DNA of 64,000 nt, from assembly GCA_965153285.1 (NCBI GenBank), contig OZ229110.1; one strand, written 5' to 3'. The translations under genes and the position numbers were made by a program. The notes under the pieces are model-generated. The model searched no databases, was not told where the DNA came from, and worked only from the letters and a program-made list of their open reading frames with translations. Below are positions 38,027 to 50,933 of the stretch, in pieces. Each line of letters begins with the position of its first letter. The stretch's first letter is position 1. The DNA is from Podarcis tiliguerta (Eukaryota).

Positions 38027-41000
38027 AAGGCTACAACAATTAACATGGCTGCTGCTGTAAAAATAAAAATCTGATGGATGTTGGTAGGCTTTTGGCTCTA
38101 CTGCTTGACAGGGTATTAGGAGCTGGGCATGCACTAGGCTCAGGAGGAGCCACCATCTCTGAGGCAGGTTGATGGGACCTTGGTGATCCCTTGTAAAGAA
38201 CACATGACAGCAACTCATCAAAAGGCTTGCTGTCTTTTTTCTATGTGGAGCCATGCTTGACCCTAGCCCATATAGCTGTAATGCACTATGGGTAACTTGT
38301 AAGCACCATAGGAAAAATTATTCTCATGATGGATTATTTCCTTGCATCAAATCTTTGAAATGCTAGTCCTTTTGACCCTCGCTCAAGATATGGGCAATGG
38401 TCACATCCTGGTGGAAAAGTACAAGCTGCCTCTCTCTGGGCAGTAATCACCTCCTTGGGCTTCCTGCAAAATTCTGCCAGCTGAAGACTTGAAGTGACTT
38501 TCCTGTGCTGCTCTGAGAGTCTGGTGTATCTTTGGGCGATTCCTTTCTGGTTGTCTGGTATGCTACAATGAGTCTCGACAAGTCAGGATAAAGCCATCTT
38601 GTTCTCTCCCCTTCCTACCTATTCTTACCCACCTTGAACTCTGAGCCCTGGAGGGCTACAGAGTTGAGTGTGTGAATGTAACATCTTCTTTCATCCCAGG
38701 ATTTTTTATCCTACTACTGGAATTAGACTTGGAGAGAGAAACGTCCTTTGGACTGCTCCGTCCAGCTGTCAGGTTTGAGAAGAAGCTCATGCGAAAGCTT
38801 TGTTTGTGCAGAGAGCTCCCGGTCCAGGAAAGAGCTTTGCCTCCAGTCTTTGTATGGTGGGAAAGGAGCCTTGTGCCTTGCCCTGCTGCTTTTCCTGACT
38901 TTTTATTCCCTTAAAAGGGCACAGAAGCAAAACTGGTATGACCTGGGCCACTGCAGACTTCTTGTGGGTCTTGGGTGGATGGGTGGCAGCCACAGGACTT
39001 GCCCCCCATTTCGGAAGGTGGCAGGTTCATTCTTGTGGGGGCTGTCGGGCTAGATTTGTATTAAATCTAAGCAATAAAAGCATGTCTAAGAAGGGAGTAA
39101 GAAAGAAGGAATGTGGGGAGGGGGGCACAAATTCTCAGGGAGGTTTCTCCAAAAGCAGGAGACCAAAGCTCTTGGGCGGCATCAGGGGCTATTTTTAAAG
39201 AGTATTGTAAACAAAATTATAACACCTGGTGAAAGGAAGCAATGTTCTCAGGCATTCATGTTGAGATATATATGTATATAAAAGTCTTTTTCCTCTGCCT
39301 GTTTCAACCACTCCACTGTTTTTTGCACTTCTCTTTCTGTCTCCCTGATACCTCTTTGCTTCTGACCCCCTCCCGCTGTTCTCCTCCCCTCCATTGCTCT
39401 CCACTGTTTTTTTCCTTCCTCTCTCCTCCAGCACACACCTCTTCGTCAGCTGTCTTCAGTCCCTCTCTGGACCAATTCCACTATGTTCAGCCTCAATCTC
39501 GATATCTCTGTTGGCATGGCATGGCTATCCAAGCATTGCCAAAGTTAACATCTTTGTCTTGGAATGAATTTCAGAGAAGCAATGGGTGTTTATGCTATGC
39601 TTCTAATTTTATTACAGTTTATTTCTCTTCCATTGGCTGACTGCCACAAAACATTGTGCTACTTATGCCATCTCTTTTCTTTCCCTATATACCGCCCCCA
39701 CACCCAGTTTTGAAGTTTCTGATGGAGTGGGGGAAGGATTCCTCTTCTGTGGAATGTTGTGCAAAGAGACTGAATGCAAAATATCTGTGTCACTTTGGGG
39801 TTGGTTTCAGAGAGGTGATTCATACAAAATGTTTTCACACTCTTTATCAGTTCAGCCACATGATCATCCTAACCCGCTTTAAATAAATCTATTACCCTAG
39901 ATCTGTGGTTACACACCTGGGAATGTCATGTGCAGAATTTCCACCTGACAGCTAATATGGTGTTGTTTACAATTGAACTCCACTGAACTACTGGCAATTA
40001 TTGTCAGAATCCACTTCCATTTTTAGCATCGTACAGTTAGTAACTGCAGCATGCTGATTGTGTGAATAGGCTTCTGCCTGAACTCTTGGTTTGCATAGTG
40101 TCTTGACGAACTGCAGAGTTGGCAGGAACCAGTTTGAGCTTTATGCATTCTATTCCAATTAGGTCAGTGTTTCCTAAACTTTTTTGTTTCTCATTAAGAG
40201 TCTCAGCAGTTGTCTTGTTTTTATTGGGGTAACACCTTTGATTATTCTCTCTGAGAAATAATTACTAACAAGCCCGCAGTGCTGAATTACCCCCATCACA
40301 ACATCTGATGGGAAGTGTTTGTGTGCCACAGATGACTTTTGAGAATGAAAGGCCCTGTTGTTAGTTTGATTTCAATGTTATGTCCTTTTAGCTAATAATT
40401 TTCCTTTCTAGGATGTTATACAGTATTCTAAAAGTCTTGAAATAAGTCCTTAATGTCATATGTCACACATCTCCTTTGGTATTAAGGACAGTCCACCTTT
40501 GGCAATGTTATCCTTGGTAGCCAAGCCGTAAGGGCTATGGGAAGGTGCAATGGGGAAAGGGGCAACAGCTTTACTAATGGTGTGGTGTGGCCCATACAGT
40601 GAAAAACAACTGAGTATTTATAGTACAACAAAATGGCAAGAAAGGGATGATATTCTGAGGACTAAATGTTATTGGGGTTTATTTGTATGTTTGGTTACAT
40701 CCATACTAGTTTTATTTAAAGGTGCTCCAGTATTGCTTTTCTGAAATTAGCTGGAAACAGAATTAAAGTGGTAATTATACCTGGTACTAACTGTAGCACT
40801 ATATTAATTGCAATGCCCATCCCTATGATGATGTCCCAAATATCGAAGATATTTACTCAGAAGTAAGTCCTATTATGCAAAGATCCCATGTGACTTTAAT
40901 TAGAAGCTTCCACTTTGTAGTTTAAATCTCCAGTTGCTTTATGTTTTTTTTTTAAATGAGCCTTGGCTTTGCTGATGAATTATTCCTTAATCAGTCAGTG

Positions 41001-44000
41001 CCTTTCCTCCATCAGGCTTGGGGACTTTAATATCTGTTTTCCTCTCTTTCTTTCTGAAATAGAGCTGTTTTGCAATTTAAAAAAGTAAAAGAAATATTAA
41101 GGGGAGGAAAACAGTATCTAAAATGCCCACTGGTGGGGAGCAGGAACTGATTTAATTAAAGGGCAAATGAATCAATAATGCCCAGACCATATTGAACAGT
41201 AAGCAATTAGAGGCAAAAGCTGCAAGGAAGAAGTTTCTAATTAAAAGCACAATGGTGTGAGAAGTCTCAATAGAGCTGTGCTTGCTGAAAGAAAGCTAGT
41301 GTTGAGTTCTTTTATTATCCTTTTTCTAAATGAAGAGAATCACCACAAATCAGGTCTGGAGGAAACAGACAACACAAGAGAAGTAGAATGCATCATCTGG
41401 ATCATGGGTGGGAAAATTAAGGCCCAGGGGCCGTATCTGGCCCAATCACCTTCTAAATCCAGCCCGCAGACAGTCCAGGAATCAGCGTGTTTTTACATGA
41501 GTAGAATGTGTCCTTTTATGTAAAATGCATCTCTGGGTTATTTGTGAGGCCTGTCTGGTGTTTTTACATGAGTAGAATGTGTGCTTTTATTTAAAATGGG
41601 TTATTTGTGGGGAATAGGAATTCGTTCACCCCCCCCCCCAATATAGTCCGGCCCCCCACAAGGTCTGAGGGACAGTGGACCGGCCCCCTGCTGAAAAAGT
41701 TTGCTGACCTGGATCATTGGTAAAAAGTGAATGAATGAATGATGGCAGTTCCAGACTTAATGGCTAGTGTGCACTTGAGGCACTTAAAAATATTAAACCC
41801 TTTAACCCAAGTACAGTTTTTGAAACTATTGTTGCTTACTGTCCCTGGCCACTCAAAGCCAAGTGAAATCAAAATGTTTTACACTGCTTTGAGAGGATGC
41901 TTGCTCAGACTCCCTTAAGTTTTCAGGGGTGTTCCACAGACAAAGGGCAACCACTAAGAACACCTCTCTGTGAGTACTGTGAATGTTAAACTTGAGAGGG
42001 TGCTTCCAAATATTATTGGAGCTTACAGTGAAGCAGAGGGATGGAGGCCGTTGGTCAGGTATGTTTGGCCCAGTTTGTTTAGGGCTTCATAAGTCCCAAC
42101 ACATTAACAGTGTTATCCTGCACATGCCTACCTGGAAATAAACTCCACTTGAATTCAGTGGAATTTACTCCATGGGAAGTGTTTATAGGACTGCAGCCTA
42201 AATTTAGCCAGTAAGGCAGTAAAGAGCCAGTGCTGATGGTCTATCATGGGTGTCATATGCTTCTTGTGACCTTCAGAAAGTAAGAAGTGATGTTTTGTAC
42301 CAGTTGACATTTCTGTGCTACTTTTGAGGGGCTTACCCACAGAAAACACAGCACCTAACGTAGAAATTGTTAAGTATTAATTCTGAGCTGATCTTAAAAG
42401 AAAAGGCTGCAATAGAGCTTAAGGCAAGGATTCACTTGAGTGTCTAAATTTGGATAAATAAATCCAGGAGCACCTGAAGACAGTGAGCCTGATAGTACGG
42501 AGTGTGCTCAGAGTGTCAAATTCTGTCCAAGTCACATGATCCTCCAGTCTTTATTACGTCAATCATGCCTGGACATAATTACCATCATTTCACCTCTCAC
42601 CCAGCTCCCTAAATTGAAGAAATTAAAAAGATAGAACTTGTATGCCATCTTTCCAAGAAATGCCCAGGGTGGTGAACTACACCCAACTTTGCTCATAAGG
42701 CAAAAACTGTTCAGCCCTGGCAGCAGGTATTCTTGGCAGGGTGAATGTCAGAGCTGGATTATTCAGAGAGCTGGATTGAGAGCTGGGGTGACATGGTAGC
42801 CAGAGAGCCTGAGCTAGGAATTGGGTGAAATCACTAGGTGGCCAGAGGCAGGCAAGCTACATTCTCTCAGCTTAATAACAGGGGGGGATAATAGCACTAC
42901 CCCTATTTTTCAAGACCATAATAAAAATTACATCATCATGATAATAATAATGAATATATTTATTGTTTATTCCCCCAATGCACAAAGTGCTTACAATAGT
43001 GATAAAGAATAATAAAGCACATGTAAATAAAAATAATGCATGACCAGTGCTTTTAACATTTTGACAGTGCTATACCCATTTTAATTGATGCAGTTACTAT
43101 TCCTTTAATGACCTTGAGAGCCTCTTCAGCCTTGCTGTGCAGCAGTAAGTAGAGGCAATTTCAAAGGCTCCACAAAAGTGCTCCAGCGCAGACTTGCATT
43201 TCATGTTGTAGAATAACATTGCTTTGGTTACAAAGCAAGCTATTGTTTTATATTGCCTTGGGATCTGGAGTTCTTTGTTTGGGATGGAGGTACCACTGAG
43301 TCCTTGTGAGAAGCTGTGGCCAAACAATGTTGTGAGCGAGTAGAGAAATGTTTTCATTTGTTTTCATTTTAAATTAGTTGGTTTGGGCATTTTAGGGAAG
43401 ATTTATTCATGAACTGTTTTTCCAGGCTCGTTCTTTCACAGAGGCATTTTCTTTGTATCCAGAAATATTGATGCAGCTGCTAGAGATTACCCAATCCCTC
43501 CTGCTAACTGCAAAATACTGGTTCCCATTGCTTGATGCCTTGCAGGTACTGAAGTGCTTTTTATTCTGTGGGAATACTGGGAATTGCAGAATTCACAGGG
43601 CCTTGAACTCTCAAGTTCATGTTATCTGTGCCTAGCATTCAAGAGTTATTAAGCCAGAAATGGGGGAGTCAAGCCCTCCCCCGGCTCTGTTAGGAGTTTG
43701 TGTAATTAAAAAAAAAAAAAATCAGTGGGAGAATGCTAAAATAACACTTCCTTGGTTTTGCATCCCTAGGTTCACTTTATTTTTAGATCTCCCGCTCTCG
43801 CCCTTCCTCTTCCTCCTCTTCTTCCTCTCCCCAGTATTTTTCATAGTTTTTGGGTGCTTTTTTTCTCCACCCCCAAGCTTAAAGAACCTTTCAAAATCAT
43901 GCACATTCCAGCTGGTGAGGCATTGGAATGAAAAGCACATATTGGGAAGCTTATTATAAAATCTGAAGTTGGCAGCACTTCTGCTGTGTTTATTCAGTAG

Positions 44001-46638
44001 AATTTGCACTTAGTTGTAGCTCTTTGAGAGTCCCGGGTTTTGATCTTTGTTGTCTTGACAGGGCATTGTTTTGGCAGCACAGATCTTTTCTTCTAGCTTG
44101 TGTGAACCTTTGGAATGCACTGTACTGGATGTTAACGTGACTAAGTAGCTCATGTAGAAGTCTGTAGGAATCCATGTTGGAGTCTCCGCATCTCATTCCA
44201 GGATGACTCACTTTTGCTGTCATTATGCCCACCCTCTTTTCTCTCTCTTTCAGCAATATTATCGCTTTTCTTTTTCAGTCCCCTATCTTGTCCCTCATTC
44301 TAAATTCTGTCATGATGTACAAAGATTGTTACACCTTCATGATCATGCATGACTAGGTGTTGTGCTGCACAGAGTGGCCTCCTCAGTATATTCTTCGTCT
44401 CAGAGCTGGGCCATCCAGCAACTGTTAAAAGTATTGCTATTGGCTTTCCCTTGTGCTCTTGTACCCCTGCTCTGTACTGTGTTTGACCGAGCCATGTTTT
44501 CCCTGTTCCTACAGGGTGTACCCATGACTTTTTTCCCCAGCCAGAACTTACCAGAACTTAGTTCCGGCACCTCTCAGGTTGGCACCATTGCCATTCTAAT
44601 AGAACAAGGGAGGCGTTCATGGTGAGCTCCAGCGCTTCTTTTTCTAGAAAAATAGTACTGGGTGTACCCCTCTTCCCATTCTGTTTTGTGTAGAAATACC
44701 TCAGGGGGAGCCATGAAGATATGACACCTCAGCTACGCATGCTCACTAAAAGTCAGGCTTTATAATTATGTTTAAGACTCTTACAATGACAAGGTACGTG
44801 TGCTTAGGTATAGTTGAGAGTGTGCTCCATACAAAACCCAAAGAGATAGAGTATGTGTTACAAGTGTGGGGCATAACTGTCTCTCGCAACTTTTGACAGC
44901 TATGATGTTTTCTTTCTGAGTGAAACTGGGGGCCATTTTCCCCACTTGTTCGAAAAAGGGATAGGGCTGCCATGGGTCCCATAGAATTGCTTTGGTGGCT
45001 AGATCTGGCCTCTCTTCTACCACATGATCATCCTTTTTACTTATGATCACTAATTCTGAGATGAACGTAAAGGGTATGCATTTTACCTCATGAACTTGTT
45101 TTTTTAAAAACACATGCAGCAGAAGACTGAAGTCTAGATAGACTTCAGCAGGCTTTGTTCCAGGATAACTGATCATGTACCCAAACCCAAAAGGAACTCT
45201 GATTAGTTAGATCATAGATAGCTTTGCTACTGTCAGATTGTGGGATTCAGATCTTACCAATCTTAAACTGGTTGTGTATCTGAACATCTTGAACCATCAG
45301 CGCTGGCTTTATTGTAAATAATAATAATAATAATAATAATGAAACAGGGAAATGTTCTTTGATCACTGGCATGATATGCTTTGTATCTTGTTTTAGTATC
45401 AATGCATCTGTTTCCATCTGTGCTTTCTGACTGCGCTCCCAAGGCTACCAAGTGGAAAGGAAGTCTTTGAGAAAAAGCATGGCTTGGAAGGGCTCTGGGT
45501 AAACAAGACTACCAAGATGATGGAAAGAGAGGAAGGTATACTCCTCCTTTCAAGAAAACCCTTTTTTTAGGAGGGGGAAGTTGGCAATGTAAAGTGAACT
45601 GAGTATTTTAAGCTATGCCAAATGTAATATAATGATACAAAATGACCATGATGGCTCTTTGCAAGGAAGGAATATAAACAGGAACATCTTTCAGATGCCG
45701 CAGCTCTGTTGAAGTCAGTGGACCATCTGTGCCCAGCTATCAGAGAGAGGCGCGTAAGCCTCTTGCAGTTCTGTTTCGAAGGCTCATCTAACTTGGAGGT
45801 TAAAAGTGGAGGCATCCTATCTTTTATCTGGAAGTGACATTGGGTAGTTGGTTTAGGATGTATTGCCATAGTGATCCACAAACGTCTACATTAAGCTTCA
45901 TAAGATTTCGGAAATATCCTGAATTGATTCACTGTCTCATTTAGCCAGAATTGTCTGTTCTTGACTACTTCTTTTTTTTCTTTTTCTTTTTTTTCTTTTT
46001 TTTTTTTCTCTCCTGTTTCTCAAGCAGACAACTTTCCAGCCAAGCTGGAGTTGGGCAAAATGGAGATGAGCAATTGAGCATTGTTACATGTTGTGGTGTG
46101 ATAGTTTGCATCACCCTTCCTGCACCCGATTTTCTTACTATAATCACTGGTCAAACACATCCAAAAAGTCAGGTTTCCTTGTAGAAAAATACTCTTGCTT
46201 CTTCAGGGAAGGTATGCAGACGCTTTAGCTCACAGTCAACATGAATCTTATTTTTCCATGTGGACTTTTTTACACATTTGCCCAAACAAGAGTGCTATCA
46301 TTTGAACTTGTACCTCAATGTTTTCCCATCCATACTGCTGCAGGGTGCTTCATGGCATGCTTTCACACTGTGTTTTTGTCCCCTTTCCTCTCCCTGAGTT
46401 TCAGAGACCTGAGGTCCATTGTGGTGTTTGTTTGCCTATGCACATGGCCATTTTTTGCGGGGGGGGGGGGAGTGGAATACAAGTTTTCAATAAATCAGAC
46501 TTGCACAAAACAATGGGTTAACCCTTTTTTTAAAAAAAATGTAGGTGTATTGTGGCTGGCCCTACCAGCAACCCACTGAGGAGCATCTCACCAATGGAAA
46601 TAATAGATGGCACCCAGGAAAACATCACCATGCTGGCG

Positions 46639-46692
46639 CCCTCTCCCTCTCCCTCTCCCTCTCCCTCTCCCTCTCCCTCTCCCTCTCCCTCT
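46639..46692. repeat. (CCCTCT)9 microsatellite
   Basis: Direct reading. Confidence 0.95.
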
Positions 46693-47709
46693 CTCTCCAC
46701 ACAGTTCAGTTCATCCACATTTGAGTGATGCGATTTTATGTTGGATCTTTCTTTTCCTTTGATCTTTTCCCCAGCTCTTTCAGGAAAATCTGAATCAAGC
46801 AGGTCAAAGTGCAGGCTGTTAGTTGGATGAGTACAATATTGTGTGGGCAGCATGAACATGGTGTGTGCACACAGCCTTATAGTTTAGATTTTTCATATCA
46901 GGTGTATCAGTAGTTACAACCTGGAGACTTCAAGAGAGATTTTACAAGCAAAAAGGAGATATCTTTCAAAGACTTACATTCCAATGCCCCAAGACTTACA
47001 TTCCAAAAGGAGAGCTTTAAGGAACCTTTTTTCAAAGTATACAGTCATAGGTTCACCACAGTTACATCAACATATCTGTGACTGCTAAGTCTTTCATATT
47101 TCTCAGTCTTATTCCAGCTAATCGTCCACTTCATTGATGCCAAACGGTGGGCAAGGGAGTCTGTTCCATAGACTGCAATTGAGAAGGGTCAGTCATCATA
47201 GTGACTTCTCCAGTGGCAGGACTGTTATTTCAGATTCACCATTCTAGCCGGTGCCGTAGGACTTCTTTAAAGCCCATGTAAAGCAGTCTTCTTCTGAGTT
47301 GGGTCACTGCTTCATCCAGCAGTGTCTTACTCGAAGTGGTTTTGGCTCTTCCAGATCTCAAGTAGTTGTGTTTCTCAGCCCCACTACCTTAAATCCTTTT
47401 AACTGGCAATGCCAAGGATTGAATCTGTGACATGCTGTCACCGAAATGTGAGCATTATTCCTTACTTTTGAGGATTATACCAACCGTATTCTGCTCTTAT
47501 GAGCAATGTGCAGAGGTAATAAGCTGTTAGTGGACGTAAATGTGATAGGCTAGAGGAAAAGGAGGACATTTCCCACCATCCATTGCAACATTTTCATGCT
47601 TTTCTCTACACACGTATTCTTTCATACAAGAAAAAAACATGACATTGGCTTTTAGGCCTATGATGCTATAATATGGTTAATTTTCCCCAACCTTAATGAT
47701 TCCCTTTAA

Positions 47710-47756
47710 AATAAAAAAGCAAGATTGCAAGGAAACTGCTGTACAATAAAAATAAA
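47710..47756 (+). terminator. Cluster of three AATAAA signals, candidate distal poly(A) site on the + strand
   Basis: AATAAA at 47710, 47745 and 47751, TGTA at 47740, T/G-rich sequence downstream. Confidence 0.4.
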
Positions 47757-50426
47757 CATATATCTTCTGTTATTGGCAGGTACACGCTGCTATTTTCAAT
47801 TCATATCTGCAGAGTTTCAGGAATTCAGGTTTTAAAATAAGCATGGGGGGGGGATCTATCTATATGAACATAATGAGACCCCTGGAGATATTCAGCTGGA
47901 ATATGAACTATTGGTTTCATATTCTCAAGCATTCTTAATGCAAGCTTTAAGTCAAATCTTGTTGCCATCAGGATGCTGTTTCACTTCACCTGTGATTAAG
48001 TAACCAGTCTGCCCAACTCTGGCTGGGTTAAGAGAGAAATATTTTAGACAATTCTTTTCCTCCTTGGTCCTTTCTGCTCTGAAGCATGTGGTCAGTTGGC
48101 AAACTTGCTGGCACCAACTCCTTTTGTTGCCTCTTTCCCCCCTTGCCCACTCTCCTGGATCTGGGCTTGCAATTCTGCTGAGAAATACTGTCGGACCCTG
48201 CGGTCAGCACCTCCAAATTCGGCACCTGAATCCATATTTACATAAAGTTTCCTGCAACACAATCCTACACATTTCCCCAGAAGCAAAGCCCTACTGAGTG
48301 CATTAAGGCTCACTCCCAGATAAGGGAGCATAGTATTGTAGCCTTACCTACCTACTCTGAATGCTTTTCTTTCGGGAACACCACCCCATCTTCTATTGTC
48401 AGCTTCTGCTAAAGGAGAATAGGCAAGGTAAATGCAAGCTAGTTGCAACAGGCATATGGGGTTAGAGATACTGAGGGAGGCATAGGAAAGGAAAGGAAGT
48501 TCTCTAAATAAATGGCACCTATCCACCCAATGGAAGCCCCCTTCCCCTTTTTTCTCTAGGGCTCTTTCCATTGCTCATGGAAGCACAGTAAGTTTTCATT
48601 CACCTGTGCTTTGTTAGAAGACTATTTTACCTTTCTCATAGAAGCTGTCGGAGCAGATTAATTTTGGCTTAACATGTGCTGCACAGATGTCATAATAAAG
48701 CATAATTACCTTGTCATCCTCTTCACTGGCTTTTCATCTATCAACAATAGCTGTACTTCTCTTCTTCCTAACACATTGTTCTATATATTCCACCTGTGCT
48801 CCATAAAGCATATGACTTTGGGTCACATTTCTGGGTGATTAACCATGTGTTGAGTCTGCTTAAAACAACTGCATTGTTTTAAAGACCACCCCTTAGGAAA
48901 TGTTCATCTGTTCTTGACACCACAACACATTCTCGTGTCTTGCGCTAATGACGCTAAAGGGGGAGGGCATTTTTCTTGGAAGATCCTGTCATTTCAATCT
49001 GTTCCTCTTGTCCGCAGTTGAAGGATCGCCCCAGCAAGAGCTTAAATCAGAGAAGGCCCCATTGTCAGCCAAAAGCTTGAGAAGCTTTCATGAGTAAAGT
49101 TCAGTTCAGTTACATGTTTGAGAGTGAAGTTTAATTTGCAAATATTTAGTATGTGTATGTTTGTGTGAAGTGCGAGCGGGGTTTGCAATGCAGGTGAGTG
49201 ACAGGAAGGGGAAAGGAATAGTTCTCTCAAGGAAGGAGAGACTGTGCAGTTTGAGCTTGAATTGGTCATTCCATTTCCCCTAACATGCATGCCCAGAAGC
49301 AGAACTGTTTTGCTCCTGTAGCAACATTCCTTCTGTGTTCTGAAGGATCTGGTCACCCAAACACCTCTGGCTGGGCTGTGATCATCAAATAACCAGCCCC
49401 TAGGGTAGATCTGTTCTGCAGAAGTTGCAAAGTCCACAGAGTGGGCTGGACACAGCTGCTGACTACCACTTGACTAAGATGGCTATGTAAATTGTATGAG
49501 TGTGAGACTGAATGTGGAAAAGCCCGTTTTACCCAGAATTGCCTTCTAATCCACTCTTAATTTTTAACCAACAGGTCAGTTGGGGCTGGAGATGCACAAA
49601 TCTGTTAACTTTGGTTTATCTCAGTTTCTCATTTTCCCAATCTTAAATTGTGTTCTTCCTATTTCTGCAGCAATTTGTGATTTTTGTTTTTTTTAAAAAA
49701 GCAAGCAAGAAAATCTATCGGCACTGTAATGTGAATTTCTCCTAATATATATGTTTTTGTACCCATTGGTTGGGAAACTGCAGTGCAAAATTAGGAGATT
49801 CAAGTATTAACTTAAGAAGGGTGAATTAGGTTATCATTAAAATGCAAACAAATTTCTCCCCCATCCCTAGTTCTGTCTATGGATGCTTGAGAAATAAATT
49901 ATTTCTGAAATCTGATATGAACTGACTTGAGCCACGCCTCCCACACTAATGTGCAGATAGGACTGTAGAGCTCCTTTGGAATTGTGCACTTCAGCAAATT
50001 TTGCGATGGAATCCTCAGCAAAATTATTTAAAAATATGTTTCCTATATTAAGAATACATTTAATGCATGGGCAAAGCAGAGGGTAGGGAAGGAAGAACAG
50101 AAGACAGAGAATCCACTTTTTCTTGGGTCGTGCTGGGCTCCTACTGGAAAAGTGGACAGTAGTGATAGGGCATTCTTCCCTCCTTTTTTGTATGGATTTT
50201 GGAAGTTATTTTTAAGTTTCACAGCATGGATTCAAATGAGAGAATAATAAACTAAACCATTGCCAGTTCCAGGGCTGGCTTATTCTATCCGCTGTGACTG
50301 AAACACCTCCTTTGGTGCCCCCAAAAGTTGTAGACCCAACCATAGATCACAGATCTGAGGCAGCTTATGAGGTTGGATCTCCCTCTCCAGGGATGGATTT
50401 CTATATTTGTTCACTTAAGAGGGAGA

Positions 50427-50933
50427 TAATCCAGATTGTGGCAGCTAGACTGGTGACAGGGAGTGGCCGCCGAGACCATATAACACCGGTCCTGAAAGAC
50501 TTACATTGGCTCCCAGTACGTTTCTGAGCACAATTCCAAGTGTTGGTGCTGACCTTTAAAGCCCTAAACGGCCTCGGCCCAGTATACCTGAAGGAGCATC
50601 TCCACCCCCATCGTTCAGCCCGGAAACTGAGGTCCAGCACCGAGGGCCTTCTGGCAGTTCCCTCACTGTGAGAAGTGAAGCTACAGGGAACCACGCAGAG
50701 GACCTTCTTGGTAGTGGTGCCCACCCTGTGGAACGCCCTCCCATCAGATGTCAAGGAAATCTGACTTTTAGAAAAAATCTGAAGGCAGCCCTGTTTAGGG
50801 AAGTTTTTAATGTTTGATGTTTTTAATATTCTGTTGAGAGCTGCCCAGAGTGGCTGGGGAAACCCAGCCAGATGGGCGGGGTATAAATAATAAATAATGT
50901 AATAATAATTAATAATTAATAATAATAATAATA
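50427..50933 (+). mobile_element. 5'-truncated L2 LINE (ORF2 C-terminus plus tail)
   Basis: AARLVTGSGRRDHITPVLKDLHWLPVRF*AQFQVLVLTFKALNGLGPVYLKE is the L2 ORF2 signature; (TAA)n tail. Confidence 0.9.
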
